From Auanema rhodensis (taxonomy: Eukaryota; Animalia; Nematoda), in assembly GCA_964057225.1 (NCBI GenBank), contig OZ059899.1, forward strand, positions 15,252,001-15,316,000: DNA of 64,000 bases. The letters are read 5' to 3'. The translations under genes were made by a program, and so were the position numbers. Below, one piece after another: positions 55,335-64,000 of this stretch. The stretch's first letter is position 1; the number at the start of each line of letters is the position of its first letter. The notes below the pieces were generated by a model. The model saw only the letters and a program-made list of their open reading frames with translations, was not told the origin of the DNA and ran no database searches.

Positions 55335-55847
55335 AAGGAAAGGAAGATAGGAAGAAACTCTTATATGAAAATATTTTTCTTAATTTTGCCCTTTGAGATC
55401 AAATAAATGAGCAAAATACATATATTATTTATATATAATTAGTATTGTTTGTTGTTATAAACCATAACAAACTGTGATCAGAACTCAAGAGGTGAGGGTA
55501 CACGTGAACGGTTTGTCTTCCTCACAACCAGTAGAGGAATAAGAGAGATTGGCAAACTAAGAGAGTTATTACCTCCCTTTGACTTCTTCGTTTAATTTCT
55601 TTTGTTGAATTGTCTATGAACGATTGTCTTGTTACAAACAGTTATTGTGAAACAAACTTATACATATACCATGCACACAATGGACTATAAGCAACTATTC
55701 CATGTCCTTAGGGCAAATTTTACATCTCATTAATTATATTTTCATTTTATTTTGTCTTTTCAAAACGTTTAGACAACATTCGATTCTATCTCTGACATTA
55801 TACTGTTGCTTAACTCCCTTCCTCTTCTTCCAGTCTCTCTCTCGCTT

Positions 55848-55886
<39 letters not shown>

Positions 55887-58800
55887 TTCATTTGTTTTCT
55901 TCCAACTTCATTCTTGTTATCAAATCTCCTACATACCCCAATTACCATATTACTTTGACCATTTTCCATCTTGTTACAGAAAACAGCCGTGTTCCCTCAT
56001 CTACATGCATACATGCTTCTCCCCATTTTTATAAAAAAAAAATTAAAAATAACAAGAATTCACGATTGTATTCGAGTTCAATTATGAATATTCTTACATA
56101 TAGTTAGGATATATTGAATTGTCCAGCTAATTATAGGTCAGTGGTCTCAAGCTATTTCATGAACAATGTATTTATATCTAATAATCAAATAGCTATTTAT
56201 GTCTTTTTTCAAATTATTTTAAGATTTTTGCTTTCATTCATCCCCCACATCCTATCACCTATTCATCTTCTCTCCTCCCTCTTTATCTCTCTATCTCTCT
56301 CACCCTCTCTATCTTATTGTTACCATTCAATTGATGTCTATCCTCAGGAGGGCGTGGGGAAAAGAGAGGGAGGTATTCGAAGAGCAGGATGTCCAATCAA
56401 ACTCTACAAAGTTTCAAAGATGACCATTGAACACTCGATTTTATATTTTAATATATATCATTATAGTTTATTCATCTACAATCAACCTGTTGATATGGAA
56501 CTTATTCTTAAGCATGATCATCATGATTTTCAAAATGCAGAACCAAACCGCATCCTCTCATTCTCGTTTCCCTCCCAAAAAATCTGAAATTTTCTAAAAT
56601 TTCATAATAATAAATTATTTTTATATTTACTTTGAACAATAATAATAATTATTTGTATAATAAAAGAATTATAAGAATTGATTTTACGTGAAATTAGCAT
56701 ATCATTCAGCTTCCATGAAACATGAAGAACGGTTGTTTCTTTATTTTTTCATTTTCGTTTTTTTTATTCAATCAAGCTTTCTCTCTCTTTATCTCTCTCT
56801 CTCTCTCTCTTTATCTCTCTCTCTCTCTCTATTTTATTCTCTCTTCATATATACTTATCTTTGTTATCAAAAGTTCTCCATATTTCTTTCATTTTTTTTG
56901 CAAAAAAAATTTCATTATATTCGTATATACATGCATAGATATATAATATTTATATGTCTATATACATGTATTTCTTACTTATTCTATATATGCCCTCAGG
57001 GCCTCTACTATCCAGTTGACCACTGACCCATTCGTCGTCTTCTACGATGTTATGACGTCATCTACATATGTTAGATGAGTAGATGTTGCTTGGATGAAAT
57101 ACTATGCAAAATTTTAATTCAAATTCACACTTCTTTGCAGATAGTCTAGTATTTGGATTAGATTTCATATACAATGCTATCCATCTTTTCACAAATTTTG
57201 AGTTTTGATCCAATCAGCTTCAAGCTTTGGCTATTTGGCGAAACAAATTGGCCTAAAAATGGAAATTCTTCACTTCGATGAGTGTGCAAATGCAACTTAG
57301 CCAACGATGATAATCACACTATTGAGTTTTTGCATTACCTTTTTGCATTTCTTTTGCTTCATAACAGCAATGGGCTAAGACTCTCTCTCTCTCTCTCTCT
57401 CCCTTTCTCTCAGTAGCTCTACTGACATCATCTTGCTCGTCGAACTTAACCTACTGCTCAGTTTGAAGTGTAGAATGCCATATGCATTCAAGCTTTTCTA
57501 AATTCTCTTTCTATCTTTTATCTCTGTTTCTCTCTTATTCTTCCCTCTTTTTTTTCTCTCTCTCTCTCTCTTTCAACATCTACAACCCTATATGTATATG
57601 CATGTCTTTCTCTTAACTATACTATTCGTAAATATATAAATTTGAATAGATTTTATCTATATAACTATACTAATATACTATTCTCTTTTTCATATAATTT
57701 TATTTGAAATTATTTACTTTTCATTCTAATTTAACTTCCATAACGCTTTCTTTGCATCTCTTTTATCCGAATGAATCGTCTTCATCCAGAACTTTATCCT
57801 TAGGCTATTTGACTAGTCTCATCATAATCTCTCGTACTTTATCTTTCTCCTTCTTTCTATTCTCTAGTTTGATCTCAAAAGGTTTATATGAAGAAGAGGT
57901 AAATGAGAATATGACCTATAATCTTCAGTTTCATAGTCCAACATCCAATAACATTCATTAATAATTTCTTTTATTTATTATATCTATTACTATATACTAT
58001 TATTACTATTACTATACATACATACATATAGTTAATTTTTTGATCAATTCATCATATCATACCATCAACATCTCATACTCAACACTATTCCTCTTTCCCT
58101 TTTCTCGCCATTTGTATGTCCATCACATAAGATTATTATCATATTTTCAATGCAAATTTGCCAATTTCCGGTTTGCCAAAACCGTTTTTTTTTTCACTTT
58201 TTTCGTATCTTCATCTCCTCATCATCGTCGTATACGTTGTACGAGCATGATACATATACATAGAGAGAGAGAGAGGGTGAGGGATAAAGAGAGAGAGAGA
58301 GAGCAAGAGAGGTGTGGAGGATAGAATTGTACCGAAAATATAATATTTTCTCATTTTTTTCAGTTGTTCTGAAATTAAAAAACTAATTTTTCACATGAAT
58401 AACTACAATCTTCATTATCTCTAACAAAATCATTTTTTTTGAAAGAATCAGACAGAAATTGGTTTTAAAACTGTAAATATAATATGATTATTATTATTAT
58501 TATTTATTATATACATAAATAATAGTTCGAAGAGCTATATTAGTTAGTTGAAAATCATATTTTCATTCTCATCATCATCTCTCTCTCTTTCTCTATCTCT
58601 TGCTCTCTCTCTCCCTCCTCATGATTCATCTATACCTGTCTAGACCTAGAATTCATTTCTATACTCTTCTTCCATTTTATTTTAAAAATTGAAAATGTTA
58701 TTTTCATGAAACATATTGAGCAAATCCGTTATCTTTATGTAAAAACTTGAACATAAGATGTACTGTTAAGGACAAACTATAAATTGAAAAATCTATGTTT

Positions 58801-59814
58801 TCCCATAAACATATAGTTAGTTAACTATATGTATATAAGTTTAATCTTTATATATAATATTCTATTAATATATAAGAATATATAAGAATAATATTAATTT
58901 TCTCTTTTATCCAATACTCTTCTTCTATTTTACTTTTCTTTCTTTTCTTTTTTTTTTGATATTCTTCTTCCTGTTCATGTTTGTTCACCCTAATTCATAT
59001 TCTCTGTTCTCAAGAGATTTGTTCTTTAACTTCAGTTTCCTTTCTCCTACTTTACTTCTCTTCTTCTCTATTTCTCTCTCATTCTCTCTCTCCCCCTCCT
59101 CATTTTTCAAACTTGATAGCTCTTTGTGATAGCAATAGAAGCAAAGATCGTCCATAGATGACCTGTATCATCTGAATTATCTATAATATGCAACTTTTTT
59201 TTTCTATTTGCTATCGTATGTTGCAACCTTAAAATAAGCCTGAATACGAGTTTTCTAGTAAAAGTTGAAAGCTCTGCTCTGTCCTTTCTGGATAATACTT
59301 TTTTCCAAATGTTGATGAAGAATTTCTTGAATTATGAAGAAAAAAATTAGAAAGGTCAATGTAGCTTTTGTCATTCAAACAACTCGCAAACTCTTTTTTC
59401 TCCAACTTCCTCTCCAATTGTTTTTCTGTTTCTCTACTCCCCCCCCCGCTTCTCCATTTTGCCTCAAGTGACTTAGTGCCATATCAGCTTAGCTAATTGA
59501 TTTGTCTACTTTTCATGGAAACAATATATGATATCTTACTAACTTTATCAGCTCTTCATAGTAATTCAATACGGTTTGCAGAAGCAGAAGCAGGGATATC
59601 AATTCTTTTTTTTTATTTTCAAGACCTCAAAATTCTTTTTTTCTTGCTTCTGCAGCTTATACAACCTGTTTGACCATGAGGTCATGATGAAGGTTTTTTT
59701 GTCGCAAAGAATAATTTCGAGAACATTGTGAGATTTGAATACCAAATTTCGCTCATTATCTCTCTCCATTTTTTAAATTTCAACATTCTCCTTGTTTCTT
59801 TTCTCTCTTTCTCT

Positions 59815-59831
59815 CCCTCTCTCTGTCTCTG

Positions 59832-59916
<85 letters not shown>
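59815..59916. repeat. (CT)n microsatellite
   Basis: Direct observation. Confidence 0.97.
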
Positions 59917-59917
<1 letters not shown>

Positions 59918-61360
59918 AACTCAGTATATAGATATAATCCAACTGATAACCTTCTTTCTCAACAATTTCTATTAGAGAAATGATCTAATACACTGAAGTT
60001 GTGATATGAAATGTTTTGCTATCTCCATGTTTTCAATATCTGAAACTATAACACAAAATTCTGTTCAACTGTTCAATCACATATTAACTATGCAATTTAA
60101 GCTTATTTACCAAGTTTTTTTTCCTTTCTATTCACCGTAAAGCCATTTGCTCTTGTAGCCATGCAAATGGACTTCAAATCTCTTGCTCACATCTAAGCTC
60201 TTATGCTACCAGTCACATTATAAGCTTTAAAAACATTAGGAGGTATTATTATAATTTGCATATAGTTAGGCCGTCACTTATAGTTAGCTATGCACCGCTT
60301 CGTCTCGAGCATCACACGCCTGAATTACTATTCTTAAAACAATGTTCTCCGGCATAGGTTAAGAAGTTTGATACTTGATGTTTGAAGCTTCCCCTAGAAA
60401 TGATGCGAGAAACTCAGTTTCACTCTCTTCCTAATTTACGTTCTGGGACTTATTTTTTTGAACAAAAAAATTTTATTTTTACATCAAAACGATGTACTTT
60501 CTATATTTATAAAGTTTTGTACTAACCTCTTTTCTCAGAAAAAATACGTAATAAACTAGTTTTTTATATGAAATATTAAAGGAAACAAAGAGAGTATTGC
60601 TGACGAAATGCTATCAAACTTTCAATTACCGTAGATATGTTTTCTCCGCCCTTCTCTCTCTCTCTCTCTCTCTCTCCGTCTTTCTTGAAATCCTGATTAT
60701 TATAAGGAAGTTGTCTATATTTTTAAAAAAAAATCAATTGATATGATTACTCTCTCTATCTCTCTCACACACTCTCTCTTTCAGTCTCAGTCTTTTCCCT
60801 TCTGTTATATTTTACTTCATTTGTTTTCTCTTTGAACATGTTTGTTTCAAATAATCTCATTTTTTTACTTTCAGGGAGAATAAGAACGAAAACTTCGAAT
60901 CAAACTGATCAATTACCTATTTGCGGACTTCTATTTTTCTCTCTTTTCACATTCTTCTTCCTCAGTTTCTTCTTCATCATCATCACCGTCATCAACGTGT
61001 TGAGGCTGTTGTCGTCGTTGTCGTCCTTTTTCGTCTCATCACTGGTGCCGTTATCAACGTCAACCATTCCAACAGTAGCAGAAACAGCAGCATTTTCAGC
61101 CTATTCACTTCTTGACTGTCGTCAACGTTCACTACATCATCAGGACCGTCAGTACTAGCTGCAAATTGGCAAAAGCAATACCTATCCTATACGAAGCTTG
61201 TTGGAAGCAACAACGTCATTGTCTTGTTCTGCTTGTCCTTGACGTCATTGACCATCATTCTTCCAGAATTGAAAGATCTCATAAGAAAAACATCTGTTCG
61301 TCTTTGCTTCTCTTCATCTGATAAAGGGGGTGATCGGGGGTTCTCCATATTCGTAGGTAG

Positions 61361-63748
61361 ATGGACTCCTCATCAATCTGTCTGCCTCAGGAAGAACTTT
61401 CCTTATCTGGATCATCCTTTGAGACATTTCTCTTTACTGTCCTCTTCCCACCATTATGTGCATTCGGTCTAGTTGGAAATGCTTTAACAATATCAGTGTT
61501 GCTCAGTCATGATTTCATGTCCAGGTAAGAAAGATCGTCAACTTCATATGATACTTGTCTATAATCGTTTCAGAGCCAATATATTTCTGACCTGCTTAGC
61601 TGTATGTGATATCTGTTTTCTAATACTCTTTATTCCACATTCAATGGCTAACTTCGAGGTCATAGGATTGAATTTGGCATTCCGCCAGCTATATCTGCCA
61701 TCTAGAGTGCATCTGATTGCATTTGCTAATTGGGGATCAGCAGTAGCCATTTGGTAAGTTCTCTATAACAGCCATATTTCCTGTTTCTATTATTTACTAA
61801 TGTTATGATTTGATGATGCAAATTATAAGATTATGATGTCGTTAATCAATCATGGAAACAGCCTACCTGTCAAGACATATAAACTATGACCAATTTCAAA
61901 TATTTCCGGCTTTTCATGTATTGTTTTCATAGTATTGCACGTGCTATGCTCACGTCTCACGTACGATGCTCACGGTATCGCACGTGCAATGCTCACGTCT
62001 CACGTACTACACTCACGTATTGCACGTACGATGTTCGCGTACTACACTCACGTACTAGACGTACACATATTATTTTTGCATTTTTTATTTATAATTAGCG
62101 GTTGTATTCAATTAGTCTATCACAAATCATAAATTAGAAGAATAATAATTTTTTTTCTTTTCAGGCTTGTTGTTGGTGTTAGCTTTGAACGTGTTGTAGG
62201 AGTCCGATGGCCGTTGCATCAGCTATCAAAGCCGTCAGGCCGACGGTTAGCTTCAGGTAATTCAAATATGCAATTGATTATATAAAAAACTTGTTTTGTA
62301 TGATTATGGGGGGATTGTTTTTGATTTTTCTTTTTTTTTGCACAAAAAATATGATTTTAGTCGAATCATATTACTATTCTTTATTAGATTATATTAATTG
62401 AAACATAAAAGGAATATACACACACATATATCTATATATATATATATAGTATATAATATAACTAACTATATGTAAATTATTTTTTTAAAATAAAAAATAG
62501 ATAGAACATAAAATAAAATAAATTATAATAAGTTAGATATATAAAAAATATAATTGTTATGCAACATTTTTTTCTTGTTTTTATTCTTATTTTATATATT
62601 ATAGGTTTAATATTATTAATGTCAGCATGTGCTATGCTTACATTCTATGATCATGTATCACATCATTGTGTTACAAAATCTCTTTGTAATCATACACAAT
62701 TAATATCTACATGTTTAGATGTAGATTTAGAAGTGTAAGTTTATTTATTTATTTTATTTTTTTAAATTATTTTAATAATATTTTTTATTTTATTTTAAAT
62801 AATACAATTTCAGATGGCATGGCAATCGTACTAATTGGACACCACCGTTTCTCAGACGATATGTACGATGGGCACGTGCAGCTCATGTCGTATTTGTGCT
62901 CATAATTCCATTAATATTACTCATTATTCTTAATGTATTTTTACTTTATTATGTAAAAAATAGGTAATATATTTATATATATATATTTATTATTTTATTA
63001 TAATTACAGATCATTTTTCATGTATGCTTCTTTGGGAAAGGTTACAGAGCGTCTGCGTAAACCAGGAAATCCAACATTACCTTGCGTTGGAACGCTGTTT
63101 CGACGTCACAGTGACCAGGTATGAGTCTTTAAAAATGTTTTAAATATATATTTATTCATTTATAATCAATATATTTGTTTATAACTAACCATGGTAGGAG
63201 GCGGGGCGTTTGGTACACTTTTGCTCATCCCATTTTAAATTGAAAAAAATAATTAATCAACGGTCAAAAAAACAAATAAATTTATTAGATAAACTTGATT
63301 CTTATTTTTTTCAATTTGTTTCAAGTTTTTTTGTCTGTTTGGGAAATACCCATAAATAGCAGATCCTACAAACCTGAGATTGAGCAATCTCGTGCATACA
63401 TCAAGCTTGGGTAAGCCCCAATTTGTTAAACGCGCTCTAATATTAATCAAATTAAAAAAAAAGAGGGATGAATGAAAATATACTATCTATATTATATAGT
63501 TAATGTCTAATAATATAAGTTAAAGAAAAGCTATGTATTTGAAGTCTAAGCGTTTTGTATTAATTATCGTCTGACTATTCGTTAGTATAACTATAATTTA
63601 CCAAAAATATTTTTTTTCTTATGTAATATTTAAGTTTGCCTGTTTAACTATTCTTTGTTTTATTAAAAAAATATAATTTATTTTCTTTTTTAATTAAAAT
63701 ATTGATTAAAAACTATTGTCTTAACAGGTTCCGATACGTCCACTAACC
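61361..63748 (+). CDS. Class A (rhodopsin-like) GPCR, nematode FMRFamide/peptide-receptor-like; 3' end lies beyond the window
   Basis: Seven exons in phase: TM1 FPPLCAFGLVGNALTISVL, TM2 RANIFLTCLAVCDICFL, TM3 NWGSAVAIWLVVGVSFERVVGVRWPL, TM4 with a Cys-rich ECL2, TM5 VFVLIIPLILLIILNVFLL, then ICL3. TM6-7 are not in the window. Confidence 0.9.
61931..62066. repeat. CACGT-core minisatellite in GPCR intron 2
   Basis: Degenerate tandem units such as GTATTGCACGTGCTATGCTCACGTCTCACGTAC and GTACTACACTCAC, about three higher-order copies. Confidence 0.8.
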
Positions 63749-64000
63749 GTAAGTATTTTTTTTCTGGACATAATGCCTTGTAGTTGTATTTTAAATTCTT
63801 TGACACACATAGTTAAATATATATATATTTTTTATTCAAAATATATATAATAGATTTCACTGATTAGTATAGTTTAATATAGTTAAATTTTGGTTTTCTT
63901 TTCTTGTCTTTGTCTTCCCTACATACATACATGTGTTTATGTCAATGTTTTGTCATTTGTCGTTTGTCTGTCTTGTCGTTGATTCACCTATGTATCAAAC

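Noticed and set aside
55490-55545. TCACAACC (miR-67/307 seed) beside a short GTGAGG/CCTCAC stem
   Set aside because: The stem is only ~6 bp and the putative mature sequence is largely unpaired.
40051-59983. Many short ORFs with ERERER or SLSLSL runs and Phe/Leu-rich ORFs
   Set aside because: Translations of (GA)n/(CT)n microsatellites and T-rich DNA, with no splice structure or codon bias.
63190-63235. GC-rich GTAGGAGGCGGGGCGTTTGGTACAC resembling a DNA-transposon/MITE terminus
   Set aside because: No matching inverted terminus or target-site duplication found in the window.
1-64000. tRNA, rRNA, SL RNA, telomeric TTAGGC arrays, CRISPR arrays, DNA-elimination break sites
   Set aside because: No recognisable instances by eye. 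The DNA is eukaryotic, so CRISPR is not expected. A covariance-model search would be needed to exclude small ncRNAs.

Overview
This is AT-rich eukaryotic DNA, almost certainly from a nematode (probably rhabditid). The evidence is many 40-50 nt introns with TTTTCAG-type acceptors, splice acceptors just upstream of start codons (trans-splicing) and a nematode-specific FAR gene. The supplied ORF track is mostly uninformative because the genes are split into short exons, so I reassembled them by hand from splice signals and reading-frame phase. Bases 1-13.6 kb form a compact, microsatellite-free block of minus-strand genes: a decayed Ty3/Gypsy-like relic lying in the apparent intron of a gene that runs off the left edge, a pseudogenised partial duplicate of an orphan signal-anchor gene, the orphan gene itself, mrps-31, mdh-2 (a likely mdh-2/mrps-31 operon) and a STARD10-like gene. 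The remaining ~50 kb is gene-sparse and dense in (GA)n/(TA)n repeats. It holds an hmit-1-type inositol transporter with two GC-AG introns, an orphan type-I membrane protein, a FAR gene, a small orphan gene, a BEL/Pao integrase relic, and the 5' part of a peptide-receptor-like GPCR with a 486-nt ATG-free leader and a 21-nt microexon. Two dispersed, often palindromically arranged motifs (ATATAGTTA/TAACTATAT and ACGTGAAAT) recur in the non-coding DNA and are unexplained. I found no clear-cut novel system; those motifs, the orphan genes and the splicing oddities are the best leads.
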